This document shows, piece by piece, positions 40,266 through 52,571 of a stretch of 64,000 bases of DNA; position 1 is the first letter of the stretch; every line of letters starts with the position of its first letter. Both the position numbers and the translations under genes were made by a program. Source of the stretch: Rhodosorus marinus CCMP1338 (lineage: Eukaryota > Plantae > Rhodophyta); the NCBI GenBank assembly GCA_029953675.1, contig JAMWBK010000001.1, positions 248,001-312,000 of the forward strand, in the 5' to 3' direction. A model generated the notes under the pieces. The model did not search any database. It was not told the origin of the DNA and saw only the letters and a list, made by a program, of their open reading frames with translations.

Positions 40266-42097
40266 ATTAGTTCTTTGGTATTGTGATCAGACCATCTCCA
40301 ATTCCGAGATTCTGAAAACGCCCCATCAACACGGAAATGCTCACTCAGCCGGAACCCCACGTCGATCCGCAATTTCCTCTAGGAACAGGTGGACAATGAC
40401 TTTGATACCGGCAACCTGCAAAGGTCCGTCTAAAAACAATATATCCGAGGTGGAGGTCTTGAGTGGAGCGCACACACCCGAGCATCACATTGAAAATAAA
40501 TTTCTTTCGAAAACAGACGGTTCAGAAACTATTTTTAGATCCCAATCAACTGTATGGGCTGTTTTTAGAGCCCAAACAGAAGCCTTCGAGCTTTCTGTCA
40601 AAATACAACTACTTGAGTCACGTCATACAGAATTGTCTTACAAAACAAATACAGCCCTTCAAGGGCTTTTGCCAGCCCATATGTATTACGCACTCCGGCG
40701 TGTTCAATTGCAAAAGTGAATGGCGGTACGCTTCCGCTTGTGTTGCAAACAACAACTGCCCTGCCTGCCGAGAACTGCATTCTTGAAGGTAAGGAACATA
40801 GGAGTTGAGGAGACGTTAGGCTCGACATTCGTTCTCAGCTGGTCTTGCTTCAGGTCTTGCCGAAATGGAGGATGGCCGCTCTCCATTGGCTGAGCCCTCG
40901 AATGGGTGCACTGTGTATCTTCATCACCAGCTCATCCATGAAACCAAAAGAACCCTACGAAGCATAAACCTGCTCGAAAACTTTTCCGTAGTGGACACTC
41001 TGCCAGCAACAAAGCTGTTCACTCATATACAGTAACCCGCTCTTCCACCCCAGTTTCCGACAACTTCCCCCGGAGTGGTTTTGGGTTTCCGCTTGTCATT
41101 TATGATCCCGCCTCAAGAAGAGCATTTGGCAGTATTAGTGTGAACTCTTAGAATATGAACGCTCAAAGAAAGAATCCACAAGAGCGGCTCCTCGAATGTA
41201 AAAGATGTAGTCGAAGCCAAAAACTTCGTCGGGCAGAGTTTTCCGGCCCAGAGAATCAATGTTCGACGACAATTCATTCAGTGCATGATGTGAAAACACT
41301 CACGTCATGCCGTCATGGCGAAATAAAGTCAGGGCAGTTGTATTGCGAATCCGATCAGCTCTCTGGTAGGATCGTTAGTTTCCCGTGGTGATGAAAATGG
41401 AGCAGAGCCGTCGAGAGCACCTTCAACACAGCTCTGAGTATCAGGGTGTCCTACCCCCTGGAGCTTGCTTACAGTACTGCAAGCAACGAGAGGCTTGAAT
41501 GCTGTAATTAATTGGATATGATCTTATCGATAGCTTGCCGCTGTTGAAAGTGGTCTAAAAATAGTTCTCGTCCACCTGTTTTGAGAAAAAGTTGCTGATC
41601 GACGCGGGTTCCCGCTGAGTGAGCATTTCCATGTTGATATTGCGTTTTCAGGATCTTGGAATTGGAGATGGTATTTTTGGAGTGTTGCAAGTTTCCATTG
41701 CTCCCTCGCCACGGTGGTTGATTGATTTTTTTTTGTTTGTGACGAAAAATGTAGGTCCAAGGAGCGGCTATCCTTTTTTAGTAGGCATGAGCGACGGCCA
41801 TCGTTTTCATCCTCTGGCGGGGAGAGTGGCCGATACCAGACGGTCGCTCAGCCGGACTTTTTTTTGAAAGTCACCGACTACTCGAACATTGTATCAGGTA
41901 TGGACTCCATCAAGTGCATGTAGGTAGGAGTCCTACGCTGTCATGGTTAGGTGTCGGAGGGTTGAAAAGCAAGAGAGCAATAGAGAAACTGACGAAAGCA
42001 GAACTACTTACCAACGCGGGTACATAGAGTATAGAAGTTGAAGACTTGTTGAGACTTTATTGATTTGGAATAATGGTTCCAGTAAGATTGATCGTGA

Positions 42098-42340
42098 GGA
42101 AGGTGAGGAGTAAGAGGCAAGCACGCGAAGCGAATGAGGAGGAGAACGGAACACAGAGCAACGAAAGGGGCGTCAGGGCGAAGGTGAGGAGTAGAGGCAA
42201 GCACGCGAATGAGGAGGAGAACGGAACGCGAGCAACCGAAGGGGCGTGAGGGCGAAGGTGAGGAGTAAGAGGCAACTACGCGAATGAGGAGGAGAACGGA
42301 ACGCAGAGCGACGAAAGGGGCGTCAGGGCGAAGGTGAAGA
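42098..42340. repeat. About 72-75-bp tandem subrepeat in the right arm (3 copies)
   Basis: Reverse complement of the unit at 37479: GAGGAGTA(A)GAGGCAA..CGCGAATGAGGAGGAGAACGGAAC...GGGCGAAGGT x3. Confidence 0.9.
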
Positions 42341-43384
42341 AGTTGACTGGAAGAACATAAGCTGGAGAAGAAACTGGCAGACGGGAGGGTATGTTGGAAG
42401 ACAAGACGCTCACGCTATCATGATCTCGCCGACTTGAAAAACAACAAGCTTTCCAGCCATCGTAGTTTGATTAATTTAAACATTAAAACAGAGTTAACTG
42501 TGAACTACCGCCTCCAGATTTACTTACGAAAGAAACACGAACCCATGTCTTCCTCGCGGCCACATCCATGCCAGGCAGCAACCTGTAGGGCGCGCACTAG
42601 CACGCGTGAAGAAGCTATCGAGCACACTGAGATCCACTATGACTTGTAGACGTCTCCAGCACCCAAGGTCACGATGACCTGGGAGAAATATATGAACCGT
42701 GTTTCCAAGACTATCACGAACGCTTGACAAGAATTCTATCTCTGGAGAACCGAAGATCAGTAAAATAAAACGTCGTACTGCTTTGCCACCTGAATCCCGA
42801 CACTCAAAAAATTTGGCTGAATTCTGTCCGTGTCGAGGTCACATGCGGGGTTTCAGTCATCGCCTCTGGCCTCCAAAGTGCGAAACGGAATTAGACCCCT
42901 GCAACACGCAGGGAATGTCAACATAAACCTCAGTCCCTGAGTTCCATGCCAAAACCAAATGCCTCAGGGTTGGTTTAGAGCCAAGGAAGAATTTCTGTTG
43001 AAGCCTAAACCTTAACTGGCGGCTGTACGGCTGGCGGCCGTGAATTGAGTCTACTCACTGCGTTGTGGAACATGCGTGTGAATACAAAACATTTTTCTAA
43101 GTGTTCTAAGGTCCAGAGAAGTCTCGCTGTCTCAAGTGACCCTTCCACATGTGAGTACTACTGGCTGAAGTTTGTGGTTGGAGGCCACCCGAGGGGAGAG
43201 AGTATATTGGCCGAAAAGTATGATTGGATTCATAGGCAGAAGCGGGTTGGCCGTGCTCAATTCGTGTCCTTGAACGTGGAGAAGCTCTCAATAGAATTCA
43301 TGGCGGGCTTTTTTAGAAGGAAAAGAGGCTGGCGAAGTGCTTTATTGAAGGTTTGGAGAGATTCGGAAGTTCATGCCCTCTAGG

Positions 43385-44681
43385 ATGGGTCCTCTACTTC
43401 TCTTTTGCGTTTTGGGCTTTCTAACCGTAAGTATTTGTCTCAAGTCGATCCGTTCTTCTTATGCTGCTGTTCATTTGTACACTCTGAACTGCTAGTGCTC
43501 GCTTTCAAAGCGGCACCAGGGAAGCAAATTCGGACTAAATGAATGACTGATCGCAGCCTCTCCTGTTTTCAATCACTAGGTTGCCGCTGTCTTCGTTCGA
43601 AGCCGGCTGAGGAGGGCTTCCTGGGTTCCAAGTTCTTTGGAAAACTTCTGCGTCAACACCATACCGAGGCTACTGGGATCTACTTTTTTCGCAATCGCAG
43701 CTCTGTACATTTATGGCAGCTCTGCCTTCTTCGTGGCTGTGGTACAGCCTGCCCTCCTCCGTTCTCAGCAGTCGTCAACTTTTCTCGAATTCTGGACAAA
43801 GTGGATCACAGCTTCTCTGAGCTGGATCCTACTTGTGAGTCTTCTGTTTAACTTCGTTATGGTTGTAGCGGTTGATCCTGGCAACGGATCCATTGAAAAT
43901 GAAGCAACGAACTTCTGCGAAACTTGCACCAAGGTTGGTCGTCTGACCCTTGCCTCTCCGCAACTACTGGTCCTAACAGTCGTCTCCTGCGTTTTTGGTG
44001 GAATCCATTTTTTTTAGGGTCGGTCTGAACGAGCGCATCACTGCTCTACATGCGATCGTTGCATCGAGCGGTTAGAACACCACTGTGTATGGCTGAATAC
44101 TTGTGTGGGGCAGCAAAACTATCGCTACTTTTGGCTATTTTTGTGGTACCTGTGGACCTTCCTGGCCTTTGTCGTTTGGACGGTATCTGGGCCGTACGCA
44201 GATGTGGAACAATCAGTTCCAATCACAAATGCCACCAACTGCTCAGAGGTGTTGGGAGGTATCTAGCTCGCGCAGCCGTCTAGCATATGAGCGATGATGT
44301 TCTTAAAACGTGGTATGATGATCATGTGATCTAGGTGTCGAGGCTGGCTCAGGTTTCCAGGTTGTGCCGGAGACTTGTCGAGTGGTGAAGCTGTCTTCAA
44401 CGTTGCGCGTCGGTGTTGAGTTTCTTTTCATAACCGGCGTCGCAACCGTGACTGGCGTCTTTCTGCTTTGGTTGATTCATTTGTACCTCGCACTGACAAA
44501 TCAAACCACCATTGAGCTTGTCGAGAACGTAATAAGTCAGAGAAACATGATGCACCTTCTCATGGGGAGAAATCCCAACAGCAAGGGATGGCAAGCAAAC
44601 TTCAGAGAAATGCTCGCTGTGGACTCGAACGAATCGATCCTTGCTGTGTTCATGCCGAAACTCCCAAGGTCTTCTTCTTGA
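43385..44681 (+). CDS. DHHC-family protein S-acyltransferase carrying EHHC, multi-exon
   Basis: TM segments, then VDPG...FCETC.K|..[38 protein letters not shown], and the C-terminal TTxE motif (TNQTTIE). Confidence 0.9.
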
Positions 44682-44882
44682 GAGAGCACAGGATTGGATT
44701 CTAGCCGAAACGCACCTATCCAAAAACCTAATTATGTATGTACATATATAGCCTGTTAATAAACGTGAGGCAACTAGGCCGCCCGCGATTTGCGAGGTTC
44801 ACAAGAATACAAACAAAACCGCTGCCCGAACAAAGATGGGATTGCGTTCCCAATTTTCTGGAATGGAGCACCAGGTATATGG

Positions 44883-47800
44883 TCAACCCGCCGCCTTCAG
44901 TCGCTTCATTTTTTTCTCTATGGCTTTCAGCTTCTGTCGCTGCTCCTGCTCCGTGTACACATCCTCGACATGCGCGCGACACATATGGCAGCGCCAATCT
45001 GCCCTTGGGTGTCTGCTGAAGTTGTTATAAACACAGCTAATACACGCGTTGTTGTGTCCGCACGGTACCATGGCCACCCTTTGGCCGGATACCGATCCCC
45101 AGCATATGTCGCAACGGTCGTTTTCATCTGCAACCTCCGCGTCGGGCTCATTCACCAGTTTCTGCTGGTATATGCGTCTCAGAATCGTGTCCGACGTACC
45201 CCTCCCAAGCTCTGGAAAGGCCCTGTCGTAATCCACGCGGAGGTCCACCTCTTCTAGGCCTTCGTTGTATTCTTCAGTGGATTCAGATTCAGGATAGCCA
45301 AGAAATTCCCTTTCGTAGTCCATTAACCCTACGAGTGTAATAGTCCTGGCCTCTTGTAAACTTCCGCTGACATTGTGCTGGGCTGTTGATTCGAATTCAG
45401 GATAGCTGCCATTGCAGGAATATCGTTCATCCTCTAGGACTATACGAAGAGTCGGGAGTCAGTTTCCTATTCAATGGACGGTGAGAGTCGGTGCTGACTT
45501 GGTGCAAACATACCTTGATCCAACTTTGACCAAATGGCGGAGCTCACACCGATTCTTGGTTCGTTCAGGCGGCTGCGCGTAATGACGAAAACATCGGGAC
45601 CACCCTTTGCTTGGAGCTCTTCGAAACTACCAAATGACTCAATCACGTGCCGTCTGCAGTCCTCGTTCCGTCGATCCAGCTCTGAGACTAGGAGCGTTCG
45701 TTTGTTTTCCTCAATCATCTGATCCATTATGCCGACGAAGAACAGCCGAACAAGGAGCCGACAGTGCACCTTTCCGCGTATATGTTGCCTATATTGAGGT
45801 TCACTATTGATCCTTTTCATGCATACGAGACAGCGCTTGGACTAAGGGAGCAAGAAACAGAGGCAAGCTTTTGTCAGCACACTGCTTTGAGTGTCCCGAT
45901 CACAAGATATTTGGGCGCTTGCACAACGCCGAGAATCCTGCATACCTGGCCTGATCTCGGAGCTTTGCGGAGTGCGGATGCACTTGAAAGGCCCTTCTTA
46001 GAGTTGCTACCAGAAGCAGATGCAGAGGACTGCCCTTGTCCCGTAGCACTGGACTGAGTTCCTCCGGACTCGTGACCAGCAACACGTTGGGCTGTAGGTC
46101 GCGCAGAAACGTTCTCTCGACCTCGATAGGAGTCTCTGCCTGTACTCCTCTCTTTCACCTCGTCACCACCAGTTTCACGCGCTTCACGCCATATCTTGAA
46201 CATCTTGTTTCGTTGCCTTTTTTTATCCTCCCTGGTCATAAACAGTCCCCGAGTTACAAGGTCTGCGTCACACCCCGGTGTTTGACATCTAGATGGTCGC
46301 GTCCCTCGTTGGAAACTTCTCCAGCAATGTTTGTGAAACTTCAATCTACAGCCAGAGGAACACATGCATTCTGCCCACTTCTCACCATCCCTAGGTGCTG
46401 TGAACTTTGACGAGCATGACCTCCCGGCACATCGAAACTTCATTTCACCCTGTTGTCAGCGACAAAGACCATGTTAGCAGGGCGACACAAGCATTCTCCC
46501 ACTACCCCACCATCGGTAGTCCTACGTACTGTCGTCGAGTAAGGATCAGGCTCATCCCGCTTGTTCAAAGCGGCTGCCGACGCCAACTCCTTCTCGCTAG
46601 TGTGAACCTCCCTAGGGCTAAGCAGGGACTCAAGATGGCGATTAAGAAACGAAAGCTCTCCAGAAGTTAGCTCCAATGACTTGAGACCTGCACCCACCTT
46701 CTTTCTCGAGCTATATGTGCGTCAGTTGTCATCAATCCTCTACAAGAGCCCTCCTCAATCTTTGGGAGCACTTCCGATTTCGCGCGGTCCCTTTCCTTCT
46801 GATCCTTGAGCATCCGGGTCGAGTCTTGAGCGAGAGCGAGAATATCATCCGTTGTCTCATAGCTTCTGTGGTATCTTTTGTTCATCGCATCGAAGATATC
46901 GACTTGCTCAAAGAGATCTCTTGCTGTACCTGCCAAGAGTTGCCAGTGTTCGTTCCTGTAGTCCGTAAGATTCGACGTCCCCGTTTTCTGTAACAGGTCA
47001 TCCAGAATCTTGCCGCTTTCCACAAATTTTTTCTGGAACGAAAAAAAGGGTTCAGTTGGTAGCACGTCCAGTCCTTCCCTCATGACGAATGTACGCACGC
47101 TCTCCTCACCAGGGCGAATAGTATAATAGCTTTGAGGTGCACGAGAGACAACTCCTCTGGCCGCAATACCAGAGCGCCATTCACGAGTGTCTCCGCCTCC
47201 TCCATCTGCTCGCTTCTTATACAGTCTATAGCCAGCTTACCCATGTACCAGGCTCTTTTGCGCATTCTCCTTCGCACAAATGCTCGATCACCACAACATC
47301 GACACGACCTAGGTTGCTTCGCCTTGAATGCGTGCCAAAAAAGCAGCTCATCTTCCGCCATCGATAGATCTACTTCTTTCTATGTTCGCGAGGATAGGAG
47401 GAGGGGTGCTCAGAAGCATACAAGTAGAACCGAGAGAGGGTCGCCGCAACAAAAGCCACATGGGCTTACCTTCCACGCGTATCGTTCTACATCCATATTA
47501 ACACCTCTCATCCGCAATAACTCAGCAAGTTGAAGAGTCAGTGCTTTATAACAAGCGATCTCGTCATAGAGCAGAAGGCCGGATACGACCCCCAAGCTTT
47601 CCTGCTCAGCAGTATCTAATCTGGGCATCGTTGACAGATTATCCATGAGGAACAAGAACGTATCTGACGTCCTGTCATCGACACCATCAATCACATCCAC
47701 GGCCTCCGCATCTGCGAAATAGCAAAAGCAATTCATCTTAACCCGTTAGGAGTACACTGCGTCCTCTTGATTTGCAACCAAATGCTTTGGGCAACACCTA

Positions 47801-49792
47801 CAAACTAAGCGCCCTAATTGGACCAGCTGGTAATCCTCCTGGCTAAACGCCCATCGCACGAAGAGGTACTGAGCGTCCCGCTCTTTCGCGACCTTGTGGT
47901 GTGATGCTTTCGCCTCGAGCTGCAGCAGCAGCACAAATACCAGGGTCCCCAAAGCTCTCTTCAATATTTTGAAACTTCCATCAGAGCCTGACTCCGTAAA
48001 CGCAAAGTTTGTCGAACTTGAACCTCTGTTCCAGCGGGCTCGCTTCCTCCACATTTCTTCAGCCCAACAAGTGAGGCACTGCCTCGATTGATGCTTTTCC
48101 CGTCCTCCTTTCCCCTTCTGGCCAGCAACGCGATACGACTTCTGTCCCTCGCCATGTGGATGCCCACCGAAGAACATGGTCATGTCTATGCTTCCCGTTC
48201 GAAAGCCCTGCCCAAAGAATCCCTCCCAGAACCCCCATGTACAAGTTACCAGCTGACTCGCGCTTTCAGGGCGCCTCGCCCATGCTCCGCCGCCGCTCAC
48301 AAACGGAAACTAAATCGAATAGAAAGCACCTCGCTATGTTAGTACTGGCGGTCCTTGAGACCTCCATCGTTTCCGATGATCCTTGAACGAATACAAAAAA
48401 CAGAGTTTGCGCGCGGCGGTTATGCACCTACATTGGTGTCAAGCAATGCCGACCTCTTTACTCTGAATCCGGGTTCTGGCTCCCCGAAAACGTAATCCAT
48501 CTCAACCCACTCGAGCATGAACGGGTCATGCGGGGCCTCGTGCCTTTGCCATTTGCTGTAGAACTTAGGAATAGTGAATTCGCATCCCCCGTCGAAAAGG
48601 ACTTCCATTCCTTCAAGCTCTGCTTCATCCGACGCCCAAGCTTGCATGACGTCCACTGAAAATGAGAAGAGGAAAACGAACAGCGTCAATACTATTGTAG
48701 CCAGTGCTTTGAGAGCCAGCAAGAAGCTTACATCCTTCAAGGTCTTTAAATAGCCACGGCCGGAAGTAATCTACTCCAATATCCTCCTCCTGTGACGAAG
48801 ACCGACGCGATTCCGCAAGATGAGTCAGATGACTGAACTAAAAACAATGCATCAAAACCCGCTTCAATTCTGTGACAATTGTGTCTTACCCATAGTTCTT
48901 GCCCATCCCATTCGCGGATTACTGCTGCCGAGGCCTCCTGGACTTCCAGTGCCATTGCCTGGACCTCGTATGGCATCATCTGTGCATAGTCCTGCACATA
49001 ATCATTAAATCGTTTTTGGAACTCTGAAGGCAATGGCTCCGTGCGGTGTATTTGTGTACCTCCCTTCGCCAAAGCTGCGCTTGAAAAGAAAAACTATGAT
49101 CAGCTCTACGTTGGCTCTCAAACACGCTCAGACGAGGAGCGAGACTTGGAGTATCAAGCAATCGAACCTGTACTCAGCTGCCTAGGACCCATTTCCTTGT
49201 GCGGCGCATACTGCTCAAAGTAGAGTAGCATACCATTGGGGTCTGTGAACGGAAAGCAAAACACGCGGTCATCGCGGGCGAGCTCGGGCGTAAAACCCTT
49301 CCCAAAACCCTTGGCACTTTCTGGAACGGATTTTGAGACTAAGTTATCTAACGTGTCCACTCCTTCCCCGGGGAGATATCCAGTTCTCATGAACAAGCAA
49401 AATTCTGTGAAGGATTCGTGGTCAACAACTCCAGGAAGTAATTGACTGTCAGCTTCAGACCAAGTCTTCAACGCGTTGGAGTACTTCCGACACCTCCACT
49501 GCACGAAGAAGAGCAGCACCGCGGAGAACCCCTTCACGCACGCATCCTCGGATTGATAGGCCTCCAGGGCATCGCCTTCGCACGCAGTCTCATTCCCCAG
49601 GTAGAAATGACAAGCGGCTCTTAAAAGCAACACTTCCAACCGCTCATTCTCGTCAGTACAACCAACCAAAGCCTTGCTTAGTAAGCGTACAGCAACTGCA
49701 TATCCACCAGCCTGAAAAAAAAAAAAAATCTCAACCGCAAGTTTCATCGGCCCACCACCCTCCTCCGCCTTGCCCTCCATTCCAATCCCCAT
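44883..49792 (-). CDS. Large multi-exon TPR / TTC3-DZIP3-like Cys-His / matrin-type C2H2 / RING-HC protein, putative E3 ligase (5' portion above about 47.7 kb tentatively joined)
   Basis: Phase-compatible GT-AG junctions: AWK|KEVDLSMAE, ILFAL|KKFVES, STT|GEMKFRC, SGQ|SKRCLVC and DQ|V LEDERY...MDYERE. RING C-x2-C...PCGH...C-x2-C...C-x2-CR at the C-terminus. Confidence 0.7.
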
Positions 49793-50840
49793 CTAGCCCT
49801 TCAATTTCATTCACATCTTCACTCATCTCACCGCCCCTACATCCTATGCTCATCACCTCAAGTCAGTCCTATGCACCCACAAACCCTCCCCCCCACCACC
49901 CTCCTTCATAACCCCAAGGCAAATCTCAACGCTTTCATTGAGTAGGCAGTGCATCATCGCCAACAGCAACTCCAAGAGAGCTTTCGCGAAAGGAAAAAGC
50001 AAATGGGACGTCCCCCTGCTGCACAATGGCTCCTCTGTTCTTCCCAAAAAAGAATATTCAGCTTAAAAATAAACCACATCTACTTAATTCCCTAAAAATC
50101 CGAGAGTCCTGATATTCTCAGCGTATATACCCTTCGAATTTGCTCACCATCAAAAGGAAAAAAGACAAGACCCCGAAGGCCAAGGCCTAAGAGACCGAAG
50201 CTCAAAAAAGGATATCTTTCTAAAAATACGCCTATTGTCAAACGCGAAAATGGGACACGGCAGGAAAAATCCAATTCAAAGTCGACAAGTGTCTGGAACG
50301 GGAAGGACAGGTGTCCCTTGTGGGACAAAAAAAATCTCGAGGCCACTATTCCTGACACTTGAGATTCTTCTAAGAAATTGTTTTTTTTCCGTGCCGGGTA
50401 TTGTGGCGTATGGCGAGGGGGTGTGGGAGCGGGGCGGTTGTGATATGATACTATTGAAAATCATTGTCCGCTACGGCCTTTGCCAACTAGTAGGTCCACT
50501 GGTTCGTCTAAGAGTTGCCCCATTGCTCCAGAACCGATCTTCGAAGCGAATCAAAGAATCTGCAGCTTCAGAGTTTTCCCAAGGGAGCCCGCAGCGTCAT
50601 TCATAGTATGTACAAAAGCATGAAGTGGACTGACGAAATTACAGGAGCCTACTCTTGGTCCCGCCATCAATTCAAAGCGGGCACCAAATTCTACAAGACG
50701 CTTAGTTGTCAGTCTTTGTCCGATTAAACATTGGGCCTCTCACAACTATTGGCCTTCCGCGTTGCTTGTCTGTGTGGTTAAGTGTGCGCCTTCGAAAATA
50801 TGCAGCCTCGCTTCTGGATCGGTCGCAGTAGCATCCTGCG

Positions 50841-52571
50841 TTAAGCGAGATATATAGAGCTTGATAAGCGATCCTAAAGCTGATAACGTCCAATGGAAAC
50901 GTCCAATTGAAACGTGTACATCGAGCTGCTTGGCCTACCTTCATCTGTGCAAGGAAGTATTGCCCTGGATCCTGAAACCCTGTCTGGGGTTTCCTTGGAT
51001 TGCTTTTCCTGCGAAGTTTCTGCTTCGATGTCAACAGCGGCTCGCTCTTCTTCCTGGAAAACACATCGTTGAGAGCCGACAGTGTTGGTAAAAGAGCGAT
51101 CGGAGAACAAGCAATCTCGGTCTTCGGGTCTGGAATGGTAAGGCGACTGTCACTCAGCAACCTGTGAAAGTTTCCAACGGCGCCTACGCCCTCAATGAGG
51201 CCCTTGCCTGTTGTTGATAGTGGTGTACAAAATTGGCGAGCAAAGGTCAGCTAGAAAGAACGCTTGTCGGACATCAGGTGAAGCTGTACTCGAAGTCTCC
51301 GCAAATACCTGGAACGTAAGGTCCATTCTCTGGGTTCACATTCCCGAGCGCTACCTGTTCACCGTACCACGCGTTTCTGCCCTTCAGCAGGGTTACGTAG
51401 ACATCAGCGAGTAGAGGCCCTGTAAGGTACACAGGGTCCCGAACCCCGGTAAGGAGTTGCGAGATGAACACCATTTCCGCGCAGGCGTTGCTGAAGTATA
51501 CTGCCATGCTCGTCGCAGAGTTTTTCGCCGCTAGCATGACGGCATGACGAACGATAAGCAAGTGGTTGAGGTGAACTTCTGGTCGAGGAAAACCGAATCC
51601 TACCTCCTTTGATAATTCCAGCCCCAATGGCATAGACATTTTTCAACCCGCCCATAATCTCGTGGTTCACAATGTCAGGGTTGTCCCATACAACAAAGCT
51701 GTCGTTTCGAATCAAGGAGGCCAGAGCCCGGCGTAGGGTTTTTGATAAACCACATATCCTCGCTGTGGCGTACTCCCCTTTCCAGACTTCGGAGGCGATG
51801 TTTGGCCCTCCGAGGTAGAAAATGTTCTCCTTCGGAATGCCCGTAACATCGTGAATGATACCAGAAGGCGTGAGGACGTGCGGTTCCGGGCATTCCTTAT
51901 ACTCGATACCCTTGGCTAGGCTGATGACCACTGGATGTCGACCCCGCTCTCGAACAAGGTTTCCAATAACCTCGAACACAGGTCGAATATTAGAGCTAGG
52001 AATGGAGTTCACGATGACATCAGCATCCCATACTGCTTCCGTCAAGTCCGTGATAACCTGTTTGAGGAGCACCCATCACAATGACCATCAACGTATTGAA
52101 TTTCGGGTCTATAGCTGTTCGAAAACTTACTCGCAGTGGCATCAGAGGTAGGTCAAGCATGTTTTCGCAGAAACCATCGGTAAGCACTTCTGCAGCGGAT
52201 AGCACTCTCTCTCCAAGTCTGGCGTCGACGTATTTGAAGTAGCGCCCTTTCTGCCTTAGCCTTCTTATGACCTCGCTGTCCGCGTTGATCACTTCCAGTA
52301 TCTTTGAGGCCGTTTCCTTACTCAGCTCCTTTCCTTCTCGACGGTATATGCTGAACTTGATCTTATCCTTCATATTAAAGTACTCCTTTTGCAACATCGA
52401 AATGAAGACAGCCCCCCAAGCACCAGCTCCGACACCCACAACATTAAGGGGCCTACCTTCGGGGACTTTCAGGGCCTTCATCACGTTCTCCAGTCCCGCT
52501 TCGCTAGGGATTTCTGATTCATGCGATTCAGCATTCCCATTCTTACCACTCCCACCTGTTACTCCATCCAT
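50841..52571 (-). CDS. GPDHc: NAD-dependent glycerol-3-phosphate dehydrogenase, plant cytosolic GPDHc type, multi-exon
   Basis: GVGAGAWG, AVWDADVIVNSIPS, ISLAKGIE, YLGGPNIASE, HEIMGGLKNVYAIGAG, GPLLADVYVTLLKGRNAWYG, KGLIEGVGAVGNF. Confidence 0.93.

Larger units (their letters stand above)
37298..42515. mobile_element. Decayed foldback/MULE-like element with long inverted repeats (left arm about 37298-38010, right arm about 41680-42515)
   Basis: The arms are reverse complements over about 700-830 bp (e.g. 37381 AAGTCGACGAGATCATGATAG vs 42415-42436) and both termini read GGAGGCGG. No intact transposase and no TSD found. Confidence 0.8.

Noticed and set aside
37479-42340. 72-bp repeats as a CRISPR array
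   Set aside because: The units are contiguous tandem copies with no unique spacers, the context is eukaryotic, and no cas genes are present.
37298-42515. DIRS-type tyrosine-recombinase retrotransposon (inverted termini plus internal complementary region)
   Set aside because: No RT (YxDD), RNase H or tyrosine-recombinase motifs seen. The inner repeat pairs with sequence on the inner side of the right arm, which fits an interrupted TIR better.
42781-42870. Box C/D snoRNA on the minus strand guiding 28S (antisense GACTGAAACCCCGCAT)
   Set aside because: Box C is poor (GCGATGA) and there is no terminal CTGA D box on that strand. A decayed rDNA relic or chance match fits better.
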